A stretch of 57,538 nt of DNA, the filler included, from Sphacelaria rigidula (Eukaryota), in assembly GCA_964200075.2 (NCBI GenBank). It is 6 parts of 6 records of this genome, joined end to end, with 100 filler letters (N's around TTAATTAATTAA, not from the genome) between each part and the next. Parts side by side here need not be neighbours in the genome. Positions count along the whole stretch, not along the records: positions 1 to 9,508 come from CAXNAA020008333.1; positions 9,609 to 19,115 come from CAXNAA020008334.1; 4 more parts are not named here. The stretch is one strand, 5' to 3'. Below the pieces are notes generated by a model, which was given only the letters and a program-made list of their open reading frames with translations, was not told where the DNA came from and did no database searches. The translations under genes and the position numbers were made by a program. This document shows positions 1 to 11,391 of the stretch, one piece after another (the first letter of the stretch is position 1; each line of letters begins with the position of its first letter).

Positions 1-162
1 AGCAATTTCGCCCACATGAGAGGCGTGTAGCAGTCCGAAATCAGTTATAACGCCAACATGAGTCGCGTCGAGGAGCACGAAACTAGCTCTAACGGCATTC
101 ATGATCATCGCCTCCGTGCACGTTTTTGGCCGGTTCGGCGGGGGGGGTAATCTCAGCAGCAG
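1..162 (-). mobile_element. Partial copy of a GAC-ended MITE (family C)
   Basis: Reverse complement aligns by eye to 9225-9390 and 32796-32973 (ctgctgccgagatag...ccggccaaaaacgtgca...tgtgggcgaaattgct). Confidence 0.8.
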
Positions 163-1169
163 GCTACAGCTCCAAGATATGAATCGCTCAGTGCAGGTAT
201 CAGTAAGTACAAGAATATCTTGGATCTTCAGGGTCGTTTCACCAACCTGGAGATCAGCCGCAATGAACAGGGCAACAATACACGGTAGTCTCTGCCGGGT
301 GCTCAGCCTCTCGAAACAACGCCCGGTACCACGCTGATCAAATTGGGTTTATCAGCACCTCGTTCATATCGCAGTTCGGAGAAAGACGCTAGTAGCACGC
401 ATTCGCTTTGATTTCTGACACGCACTTGACGTGCTTTCTACAGCAGATTTGTAGAAATCAGATATCGTTACCCTCTTCTCAGGTCGAGGGCCTTACATCC
501 CAGTTTTCTGCGGATGTGACTTGAACGACGAACGTTTCAGTCAGCCCACCTCACACAAAGGCCGAAACCCTTACTCGTAGGAGCAGTATGCCGTGTCTAT
601 TCTTTATATCCGGTAACATCCGTCCAGGGAATAAAATTCCCTGCAATGTTATATGGTGAGCAACTGCAGAAAACGGGCACGACTTCATGAATTGTTGTTT
701 GGACAACTTAAGGTTATCGTTGTAAATTCGTCTGATACTGTCGGATTGACGAATTAGACACGGCATACTGTTCTCACGAGTACGGGCGCCAACCCTTTTT
801 CGGGGGGCATTGCCTTTTTCGGGGTGTATTGTCTGTGTAGCTCTCCATTAAAGCCCAACTACAGAAATTAGACAATGATCCTCGAACTTAAAACAGGTGA
901 CGATCTAACCTCTAGAAACATATATCTACTTTCTGAAATATAAAACCAATGCTATTGCATCTTCTGTGAAGAAATATTCCATTTTTACATCCAGCCAGGT
1001 TTTCAGCGAAGATGTCTGGTGGGAGTGTATTTCGTTTGCATCGACAACATGTGTTGGGTAGGTTCAAGCTAGGAACTATCGAAAAATCCCCCGGGCATTG
1101 ATGCTTGCCTCGCTTTTATCGTTCGATCCCGTGATGTTTTCCCCACCCTGTATAACTGCACCTAACTTT

Positions 1170-1620
1170 TCGTTGCCTGCACATAACTATCGGGTGAAAA
1201 CGTCGTGTAACTAGCTGTTTTTTTGACGACTGCTGGAAAAAATGTCAGGCAACTGGTTACTTCTAGACGACGACTGGATGAAGAGCCTGTTCAACTTCCT
1301 GTAAAACCGCTGCTGGGCGAAGGATCTGTGCAACAAATAGTTGCCCATAGAGAGCTAGTGGACGACCATTTTACGCGACAAGCGATTCACAAAGCATCAT
1401 GGGATTAACCCTTAGACCACGAACGTAGTCCATCTGGTCTATGCATACTTTTTCAAGTGAAATTGATGCCGATTCAACAGATGACCTGCTCTCGCTGTCC
1501 AAGGGTTAAGAAAGTTGAGACCTAAATTCATGTAGACAACGTTTGGTCGAAAATTCCACGAAACTAGCGAAATTTTCTGGAACAACTTTTGGCCGAACAT
1601 TTCACGCAACTAATGGCATT
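1170..1620 (+). repeat. Old interspersed repeat built from degenerate ~45-50 bp units
   Basis: Recurring motif resembling cctgtagac(a/g)actgctgg(g/a)tg; related tracts at 3210-3540 and, reversed, at about 30000-30370. Confidence 0.5.
1409..1505. mobile_element. 97-bp piggyBac-type MITE
   Basis: TTAA on both sides (1405-1408, 1506-1509); termini cccttagac...gtccaaggg; inverted second copy at 44051-44149. Confidence 0.85.
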
Positions 1621-1642
1621 CGAACATATCTCTCTAATAATT

Positions 1643-1864
1643 GACGCTTTCTACGATAGCCCCCCCCAAAAAAAGTGCATGGTTTTGGGAAGCAAAATCT
1701 TCGCGTAAAACGAAATGGGATAAGCCGAGCACAATGAGAAGCTGGGAATTCCCACGCTTGGGTTCNNNNNNNNNNCCTGAACCCAAACATCAGGCGCTGT
1801 ATGGCCACTTTTTTCGTCACACTTTTGAGCTGGTTTTGGGGGGGCGGCTATCGTAGACAGTGTC
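1643..1864. mobile_element. MITE family A (GAC...GTC termini, AATT TSD), Sola-like
   Basis: TIRs gacgctttctacgatagcc / ggctatcgtagacagtgtc, flanked by aatt/aatt; related copies at ~2100-2330, ~38100-38290 and ~47643-47870; contains a 10-N gap. Confidence 0.8.
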
Positions 1865-2339
1865 AATTGGTTGAATTGCTGCCTGTAAACAACCCGCGGG
1901 CTCGGATAGGGCCCTGTGTAACAGGCAAACATCTACTCAGCTACAGTATGCAATTACAAACGAAATAGTCATTACTTTTGTGAGGCGTGAACAGATTTCG
2001 CCCAAAAAAGCGCATAGGACAAAGCGTTATCACTGCCAACGCTCGAGCTATGCGTACATGTTCTTTTTGGTCGTGGGCAGTGGGTCTCAGGCTTGTGTCA
2101 GAGACTGGATACCTCCCCGCCCCTCCCCCCCGAAACCAGCAGCCCAAACCCAGCCCAAAACTGTCACGAAGAAAATGGTCATGCATGACACGATGTTTTG
2201 TTTCAGGCTGCATGAAGCGTCTCATATGGGCGACATTGGCGAAAATGATCCTAGGCTTGGGGATCCCCAGCTGCTCGTTGTACTCGGCTTCTTTTTTTTT
2301 ATTCACGTGGGAATTTTGCCTCTCTAAACCAGCCACTTT

Positions 2340-2953
2340 TATGGGTCGGGGTGTACTCATGACCATACATGCCATAGTCGTAAGACCATTGACCTCGCAC
2401 CCCTACAAAGCCGGGACGAAGCACGCCGGGTTTTCGCCGAACCAGGCTCGTACTCAATCACCAAGCGCCAAGCGCCGTGGTGTGTTCGGTGAGTTGCGTG
2501 AAGGGTGAGCTGCATACTGCGAAGATTGTTCGGCCCGAAGCCTACTGATTACCTTGCACTTGAATGACAACCTTCAATGAGTTGCTTTTAGTTTCTGGTT
2601 TTGCCACTTCCAGAGACAGCCATGGCTTGTACACTGACTGCCTCATGGGTGTCTCACCATCTAAACACTACGTAGTACGATCATCTCCATTGTGCGGACT
2701 TGAGGTTCTCCCACGCCGCACAACATGGTTCAGCTCGAGTACCATCATGGTTACCGCAAAAAAAACGCAAGCACGCACTAAAAACGGCAACCTGGTTGCC
2801 TAGCTTACGCAGTGAGTGGCGTGTTTTAAAGAGTAATCGCCAACCGACGCCAACCCCATCGGGGGTCCGCCCCTACAAAACCGGGACGGAGCACGCCGGG
2901 TTCTCGCCGGACTGGGCTGAGTGGGATGGGGGGGGGCTATCGTAGCATTAGTC
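2340..2953. mobile_element. MITE family B ending gggggggctatcgtagcattagtc
   Basis: Internal sequence matches 47278-47640, which starts gagtcatgtcacgataggg; internal duplication of ccctacaaa(g/a)ccgggacg(a/g)agcacgccgggtt at ~2400 and ~2870. Confidence 0.65.
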
Positions 2954-3827
2954 CACATCATATCGGCATGCACTGTTTTGTGACCGCCAAATCAATATTG
3001 TGTGTCCCCATAAGAAACAAAATGGCTTTTGGGAAAAGGTTCAATAGTCCTTCCCAAACCCACATTGGTTCCAGATAAAATCAAAAACCGCGTCCCAATA
3101 TGAGTTTTTGAGGAGCGTGGGGTACCACGACCAATTACAGGAAGACACGATTCTAGGGCGTGATTTGTTTTGTCCTGGTAAGGCACGGCTTTTCGCTATG
3201 TCTACTACATCAGTCGCCTAGATAACTACTAGGTAAACCACCTGCGCAAATAACTTCCCAACTACTGAGTGAGACAACGGTGCCACTAGTTGGCTGTAGA
3301 CGACTGCTGGGTGGAAATTTCTGATATTGGGTAACTCGGTGCCTGCAGAAGAACACTAATAGGGTGAAATGTTACGCAGCACGGCGACTGGGTGCCTGTA
3401 GACAACTATTGGATGAGAAACGTTTGCAGCAAGCTGTCTGTAGGCAACGTTCGGTCGCAACGCAACTTTCGCGCTAGAAACGACATGTCGACAACTTTCA
3501 GGCCAAAACAATCGAGCAGCTAGTCGTGTAGCTGTTCCTACAGCGAACCCATCTACGCAAGGAAGCAACTGCGGACTTAATGACCATTGGTAATACGAGG
3601 TGTGATACTGTTCTCGACCGCTGATGCATCCTTCTGGTGGCTTGGAGCACCCGCCGGGGATTTTTTCTGGCTTCACCGTCACTGTGGCTGACATCACACG
3701 AGATGATATCAATTCCAGCAGCCTGACTGACTCTCCCAGCGTTATTTTGTAGGGTGCTCGGGTGCAGGCCCTGCAGTGCAAAAGTGTTGGGCTGAACTTC
3801 CCCCTCTTTCTTAGCTACTCTACTCAC

Positions 3828-4143
3828 CATTTAGCAGCATCGAAGCGCAGGTGTTTCTCCGGAACTACGACCTTCCCTCCCTCGGCACTGGTGCTGCTGA
3901 CACCGTCGGGGATAATGCATCCTGTGGAAAACCTCAGGTGCGCTCTTGCTCGAGCGGCGGTAGTAGGGGAAGCGGTAGCACTAGTGGTAGTACTGCCGTT
4001 GTTGCCGTTTTTGGCAGCCACAGCCGCCGCCAACCGAGAGACGGCAAACCCATTTTTTGCGCTGGTTTTGTACTTCCGCTGCATGCACCACGTCGGATCG
4101 TACGGTGCATACCCGGCTGGCTTTGTGTGAAGGGGTTCTCGTG
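3828..4143 (-). CDS. Probable exon of an unidentified host gene
   Basis: Open frame REPLHTKPAGYAPYDPTWCMQRKYK...KHLRFDAAKW bounded by a cag acceptor (4144-4146) and a gtgagt donor; family not recognised. Possible further exons near 4570-4623 and 5151-5250. Confidence 0.4.
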
Positions 4144-7107
4144 CTGTTTGTTGCAATGGTTTGAGTAAACAGTTGGCGAACTACCGACGAGGGGAAACAT
4201 CCGTGCGCATACATTTGCTAATGCGTGGTGCACTGCAACATTTGGAGACATATGCAATACGCATTTTACCCCGAAGAAGACTTCGGACTCTAAACCTTGG
4301 GGACATCCGTATACAAACCCTGCCATATGAAGCGACGAATTGAAAAATGTGGTCTAATACGGACTGCCTCACGGGCAAACGGCTAATAACTAGGCCGGCG
4401 AAACTTGTGCTTTCGCCGGTGAGTGTTTGAAATTATTGTATACCGGATATCAAATTCAGCGGCGATACTGTGGCACGGTTTCGAACTGTTCGAGCAATGG
4501 TACTCCCGTTCTGCAAGTTGTATTTGTGCTTCTCACAACTGCATACAAATTGTCAGTAGTAAAAAAAACCGTTGAAGGTTGTAGAAGGTGGTTTCAGAGA
4601 TGTTCTTGAGGTATAGTTCATGCTGCAGCGAGACAGCATTGCACAGTATACTGACTAGTACTGTATTCGTTTCCTCTGTCCCATATGTTAGCTCGGTCAT
4701 GTTTACACGGACCCTTGACCGTGTTCGATGCAAAGTGCGACAACTCCTTTTAATCTTCGACATTTGTCAAGTTGGAATCCTGTTTCACTTGCTTGTGTTT
4801 GCGCGCTACCCTACGCGGGCGAAGGCCCAAAAAGAAACTGTTGCCCCAACGTTGTCTGTATTTTGATATTTTAAGAGAGCTGAAAATTCGAACAAAGTGG
4901 TCACAATGAGAGGTTTCCATATTTTCAATCTTCCTTGTTGCATCGAAAAACAGTGCGCCTTTGCGGATACGGCAGAGCTGCCGACAACCTGTACCCGACG
5001 TTTTTCGACCGAAACTCGGCCAAGAACATTAAAATACCGGCCAATAATTAGGCAAATTCGACCCAACAATTCTCAACGAACTCGACTCAGATTTTTTTTT
5101 TCTTTCCTGAAGCACCTCCATCACCTTATCTCTTCAAAGAGCGTACGTACCTGTGGCATTGTGAGCTTCTCCGTGCGGGAGACATGGTGTATACGCTTTA
5201 ACCAAGCTATCTCATGGGACAGAGTGAGTATATCGGCAACGCTTCACGGTTGCAAGACGGTACCACCGCGGTACGCGATTATTATCCCATAAAAAACCAT
5301 GAATAATGAAATCCAGAGGTGAACAAGGGACTTCAATACAATGAACGATTGTACCCAAGGTGCACCCATAGTGAAGGTGTGTGCCATATACGTGCAGAGC
5401 TTCTTCTATTCACACATGCCTGTCGCGACACATGTAGCCGCCGCAACTGAAACCTTGAGGGGTACAGAATCCCCCTGTGCTCCCATCTCGTTATCACCAC
5501 GAAAGCATAGTAGTTGGGAAATTCTGTCGAGACGAAACTGCTAACAGTGTGTGCCACGTCTAGAACGTGTGGAGGTTGCAGAATACCACCTGGCTGGGGG
5601 GGGTGTTATATTCCTTGTAAATTACATGCGCCGTTCATGCAGAGCTCAAAATTTCACGTCACTAGCAGAGCGTGCAGACAGTGTGACATCGGTGCAGCAC
5701 AGAGCACTCGTGGTACGAATACGGCACCTTGTTGGAAGGACTCGAAGATTTTCCCCTTCGCCTCATGATATGCACCGCTGTAGGCGAGAACCCTTCTTGA
5801 TGAAAATATCTGCGGCTACTACTGTACTGCAGTACCGTAAACGAGCGTATTAACGTACTTGGTTACACCGCATGACTCGAGGAATGCGCCTTCCTCACGC
5901 ATTCCAACAAGTATGTGTACTTCGCTGTATATTGGCCATGTTCCAAAAAGATCGACAGGGTTGGCGGCGGGCAAGGAAGTGGAATCCATCTTGTTCATTT
6001 GCATACGAGACTTCATAAGGCCTGTGACGGTTTCATGCGCCGGAACGAACACGTTTGTTTCCTTTTGCATTGGGTCCCTGCGAACCCGGGGCAACTTTTT
6101 AGTATCGAAGCACTCTTCTTCCTACCGCCAGAAATGATTCCTCCCGTCTGGGGTGCGGCAATTGCTGCTACAGAAGGTCGCCTTTGCATTCCTAAGCTTT
6201 CCAACATGATCATCCTCGTGCTTTTTTTGTCGACGTGTATGTACAGCAAATGACCCTTCATGACATGCGAATAATTATCTTGGATATCGAGGCTCACATA
6301 GCAAAGCCTCCAACCGCCTTGTCCTATTGAAACGCGGCGCAATAGCGAAAAAGGCGCGGTGGAATCGGCGGAATTATTCCGTTGATCTTGGGACAAATTT
6401 CGTCTCACATCGTTGTTCCTTTTACCGAGAAGCAGCCAAGTTGGGACCATGAACGCCACTACGGACGTCTTTCGTTATAATGTATCACCTAGAATATGCA
6501 GGTCGTGTTACAAACAAACGCGTGCTTGCCGTTCCCCGGTCAACTGACGGCCATCTACGATTGCAGTTGCCATCCCCCACAAGTTCGCGGAACTGAATGA
6601 GAAGGCCGGATTATCTGTACAGAAGTCATGGATACTTCAAGCGTCAGCTTGCTTGTGTTGGGTGAAGTAGTTCACTTTTCTTCAGGTTCTGCCCTATACG
6701 CAGCCGGAGCTGCTGCACTGGATGGTCTTCATATCGGAATTACTGTAGATCGTGGACTGGCCTCGGTGCTGTAGTGTTGAGCGCACGTGGGTGGTTCGAT
6801 TTTGTTGCCTATCTCCGACTGCTGATTTCGTCTTGGGTTGCAAGGTGAGCGTGTGGAAAGTCACAACTAATAACTGTAGGCAGTGGTGGTCGATCAACCG
6901 ATCCGCAGGTGGACAGACTGCTGGAAATGTAGACAACACATTCACCTTGTACGAAGTGTATCCTTTCGGTCATATCGCCAGATGTGGTGCATCTTGTGTC
7001 GGTTCGACGAAATTACTGATCATAAAACCGTTTCAAGATACGTGAAGAGGACACGGTACAACCGTACAGTAGTAATACTGGATATTGGAATAGACAGCAT
7101 TGTGAAG

Positions 7108-7164
<57 letters not shown>
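7108..7164 (+). repeat. (ACA)19 microsatellite
   Basis: Perfect trinucleotide run; it produces the poly-T/L/C ORF artefacts in the track. Confidence 0.97.
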
Positions 7165-8084
7165 TAGCGTTCCGCCACGATTTGTTCGAGTGCGAGACTG
7201 CAGCCAAGTAGTTAGGCCATGTAGCTTGCTGCTGACACTGGACTGGATGGCGCAGCCTAACGACATGCCCTATATATAGGTGGTGACGTGGAGTTTTTTT
7301 GCAAATGTGATGACATCCTGGGTTCGATGGTCTCGATTCGCTCGATCACCCGCCACTTAATTCGCTCATTTTACCCTGCTTTTCTTGGCCAAGTAAAGGC
7401 TTAGGCCACCACCTCTTCTGGAGATGCGAAACTTGTAAAACATCGGATACTTTGAGAGAATGCTAGAAGAATATCACATTGTGGGGCAGTTTGCACATTC
7501 TAGTTTTTCTTCAAACCCAACTGGGCTAAAAGGCAGGCGCCACACGCTAGGATGTTGTGAAATATCCACATCGTCATGGTGTGGTTCTCGTACCCACATC
7601 CATGACTGCTATGATGTTGTGGGTGGACTATGGTGCGTGTAACCCCTACAAGGACCGTTTGACCTTTTGTGGACATTGCGTGACTGCTGCTTTATTCCAG
7701 TCTGTACACAACCCGCATGGGAACACAATGCTACAAGGCTGAAAAAGTCATGTGATAGTTGTGCAGCCGTTGGTTTTGTCTTCTTTCGGGTGCCGTTATC
7801 CTGGTGCAAGATTCCTCATGTCCGATTTGGTGGTCCAAGACATTTTGACATGTTTGAGCGATCCGGAGGGCTGCCCGGCATGAAGTGAGTACTCTCTCTA
7901 GCGTTTCCAAACGCCCTGCAGGCTGCAAGAGCCACAGGTGCCGGTCAGGCGATCCATGATGGCGGTGTATCATTGTGTTTGATGAAGGATCCTCAGAAGG
8001 TGGAAGTGAAGCTTGAACAGCACATCGTATGGCGGATCATCCTTTTCTCCATAGGCTCGTTTGAAATTCAGCATTTATATCAGG

Positions 8085-8720
8085 TTTCGTCTAAGAACTA
8101 GAGTCGATTTTCGCGCAAAGCAGGAGACGATAGGTGCTTGAGAAACACGAGAGACACGAAGCCGCCTACACGGAGATGCATCAAGTGGCGCAAGGTTCGC
8201 TCTGTTGGCTGGGATGAGCTTTTCGGGAGAATTCATCGATCAAAGGATGGCCGACGGGTCAAAAAATACCTGGACAGAATCATGTTTAATATTTTATCTG
8301 CGGCGGGTTCGGCGTTTCTCCTGTCGTCTGACATCGTAACACCAATTTTCGCATCTTACAGGAGGCGGTAACTGCCCCAAAGGCGCACGGGAGCTCACCA
8401 AATCACCCGGCCTACACGAATGTATCAAGCGACGCGAGATTCGCAGGGTGAACCGTGATCGGTACAAAAATGTGATCGTGACAGGCTCGAGTTCAAGTTA
8501 GGATCTGCGGTAGGTTCGGTGTTTCTCGGGTCGCCGGTCGTCTGAAGACGCGATGTCGATTTTCGCATGCCGCAGAGGAGGATAGCTGCTTGAAAAACGT
8601 GGGAGAGGAGATGAAATCATGTCGCCTGAACGAAGATGCGTCGAGTGGCGCGAGATTCGCATTATGAGCTGAGTTCAGCTTTTGAGAACCATTCGATCCA
8701 GGCGTGACCCATGAAAAAAA
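8085..8720 (+). repeat. Degenerate tandem triplication, unit ~215-240 bp
   Basis: attttcgc...gcct(a/g)(c/a)acg...atc(a/g)ag...cgc(a/g)ag.ttcgc recurs from ~8107, ~8345 and ~8560. Confidence 0.65.
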
Positions 8721-9224
8721 GGCTGATGCGCGTCACTAAAGTTTTCCCTTACGGGAGCTTTGGAATACATGCGCAGAACGAGAAAAAAAAAGGAAAGTCA
8801 TACATAACACTCAAGGCAAGCAGCATCAAACGATTATTCGCAGTGACCACATGCATGTCAAAATGCCTCCAAGGACACCTGTTTGTGAATGTTGCTACTA
8901 CTACTGTTGGCACGGGTAGCCGTTGCTTCCGACGAGATAACTCAAAGCTCAAGATATGATCAGCTCATGCAACATCCACGATGTTCAATATATCGACGTT
9001 GAAAAGATGTCCTTCGGCTCGAGTTCATCTATTTCAACGCTTTGTAATTTTATGCGCACGTCCAGCCAGCAACGCACCTCGAGTCTGTGCATACCCCACG
9101 GCATTCGCCACCAAAGGGTTGACGGCGCCTGCTTCTGCAGGCTTAGCACAGTATCGCTTCCACCAAGCGCACCATGTTTTTTACATAATAAATTGCTCTG
9201 CTCCGCATCGCGCCTCCAACTTTC

Positions 9225-9455
9225 GACTGCTGCCGAGATAGCCTCCCTCCCGAACCGGCCAAAAACGTGCATGGAGGTGATTATCATAAATGCCGTTAGA
9301 GCTGGTTTCGTACTGCAAGACGCGACTCATCTGGGCGTTATAGCTGATTCCGGACTGCTACACGCCTATCATGTGGGCGGAATTGCTGCAAACGAGCGCA
9401 ATAGATGGATTGCAGACGGTCTCCGGTGCACTTTGTGTGTGGGGGGGGGGGGCGT
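9225..9455 (+). mobile_element. MITE family C, uninterrupted copy
   Basis: Starts gactgctgccgagatagcc; colinear with 32796-33731 once that copy's insertion is removed. Confidence 0.8.
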
Positions 9456-9508
9456 ACTCATTTGTTGCTTGCCTTAGTCGTTTGACCATTGACCACGCAT
9501 CCCTTTCG

Positions 9509-9608
9509 NNNNNNNNNNNNNNNNNNNNNNNNNNNNNNNNNNNNNNNNNNNNTTAATTAATTAANNNNNNNNNNNNNNNNNNNNNNNNNNNNNNNNNNNN
9601 NNNNNNNN
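9509..9608. other. Artificial contig linker (44N-TTAATTAATTAA-44N)
   Basis: Exactly 100 bp; the central 12-mer has stop codons in all six frames; identical to four other linkers. Confidence 0.97.
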
Positions 9609-9821
9609 AGATGGCTTCGCTAGGTCGCTAGTGTTCCGGGTCTTCCGTGCAAGAGAGATATGTCACTTCAACCCCATATTTTGTATGAACCCCAAAATAT
9701 AAAATCAGCTGTTAATGTGTCACTTTTTCGTGCAGACGCCATGATATACATGTCATTCCTAACTCCTAACCAGTCTGATGGGTCGTTCTGGGGGCCCGGT
9801 CCCAAAGGGGTTACTCTGTTT

Positions 9822-9960
9822 TACAACGAGCAATGACTCGAGTGCTCGCCCTATTAGTTTGTTTCCACAACGAGCAATGACTCGAGTGCTCACCCTATTA
9901 GCTTTTTCCACAACGATCAATGACTCGAGTGCTCGCCCTATTAATTTTCACGGCCAACGA
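9822..9960 (+). repeat. Three tandem copies of a ~43-bp unit (caacgagcaatgactcgagtgctcgccctatta)
   Basis: Directly visible; followed by an inverted partial copy (gtgctcgttgg, ~9997-10007). Confidence 0.9.
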
Positions 9961-10205
9961 GCAGCCCAACGAGTGCGAGTGCCACGAGTCATACTCGTGC
10001 TCGTTGGACGTATGGATTTTTTCTCACACAATGCCCAGCAGTGGAGAGCGACCGAGCAATGCTACGGTAGGGATGCACTTTTTGCGCAACATATTGTCTG
10101 GTGCAGGAGCTCCTAACGATTGTTGATGTACAAGAATATGGGTCAGGACATCACCGTTTGCAAATTCCTTCGGGATACTCCTATCACATTGGAATACTGT
10201 ATGTA

Positions 10206-11098
10206 CAGTAGTCAGCGTCAGAAGTATGCAGAATTCGTAATTTCTCAGTTTCTAAAAGATTGTTCAAATGCGTTTCGATTGCCACCGCTCATCACAGTGA
10301 CTGTTGGAAGCCAAAAAATGGGAATCTGGAGATATTTTGACCCTCTTGACAAATATTGAAGGAAAAAATATCAGCGATCAATTTCGATTGACTTATGGGC
10401 TTGACCGATCTTCCGGGGTCCAGCGAAAGTGCAACCCCAGGTTCTAGCTTTTCGGTATTTTCGGTAGACCGACTCGATCCCGATCACATAAATGAAGATT
10501 CAAAAAGGATTATTCTTCCGAAATTCCACCTATTCACTACGCTAAAGCCGGAAAACTATGTTTCTTGAACCATTCACGGTCAATAACACCCTCATGATAA
10601 ACGGGGTCTTTACTCCGTATCGCCCCCACAACACCAACTCGGACGTTGTGATTTGAGCACGGTCTGCTCATTTTGCCGAAACTATCGACGCTAGCACTTT
10701 CGAGTGCTCATGGAAAATGCTATGCGAAGAAAAACGAAAAGAGGCCATCCGCAGCAAATGCTTGACTGAGGTCTGTGCAGCATAGGAGGGAAACACGATC
10801 TCGATCGTTATTGTGAAGAATTTTGTACGTATTCGTTTATCTGAATATTATCCGTTTCATTCCCGAAGAGCCGGAGACTGTTTCAATTGGACCAAAAACG
10901 GTCAATAACACCCTCCTGATAAACGGGGTATCTAGTCCGACTAGCCCCAAAAACACTAACTTGAGCACTGCAATTTGAGCGCGGCCTACGATCTCCCCTA
11001 AATCTACCGGCGCTAGCACTTTCAAGTAGCAATGAAGAATAATACTCGAGAATGACTCAAGAGCTACAACAAGTACGAACTTCTGATCCTGACTACTA
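10206..11098. mobile_element. 893-bp Tc1/mariner-type MITE with an internal ~190-bp duplication
   Basis: TA flanks; TIRs cagtagtcagcgtcagaagt / acttctgatcctgactacta; 10545-10720 is repeated at 10865-11040; internal sequence matches the reverse complement of the 13293-13842 MITE. Confidence 0.8.
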
Positions 11099-11135
11099 TA
11101 GTAATCCTGGCATACTCTCACATATTTCAGAAGTC

Positions 11136-11391
11136 TATGACGCCAGCAGGTTGCTAATACTGCAGCGTCTGATGCTGTTGAGAGACTCCCCAGTTCCACT
11201 GGCCTCAGGTTTCAGTTGTTAGCCTTCACAACACCTTTTATTTTCCTGGAGTGCCACACAGGCATATACTCCATAAACCACATCAGGGTATCACCCCTGT
11301 GGCCATGTCATCATCCATATCATCACTACAGATCCCAAGTCATCATCCAACCACCACTATATATTCAACGTGACGGCATGATTTCGTCACA
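11136..11391 (-). repeat. 3' LTR of the Gypsy element
   Basis: tatgacgccagcag...gatttcgtcaca, direct repeat of 17147-17405; short G tract (gggggtgc on minus) abuts it as a putative PPT. Confidence 0.95.

Noticed and set aside
6883..7266. Poly-Thr, poly-Leu and poly-Cys ORFs
   Set aside because: Translations of the (ACA)19 microsatellite
9553..9564. TTAATTAATTAA as a biological motif or piggyBac target
   Set aside because: Embedded in N runs and repeated identically five times; it is a synthetic six-frame stop linker
9822..9960. CRISPR-like array
   Set aside because: Only three units; the linkers are ~10 bp and similar to each other; no cas genes; eukaryotic context
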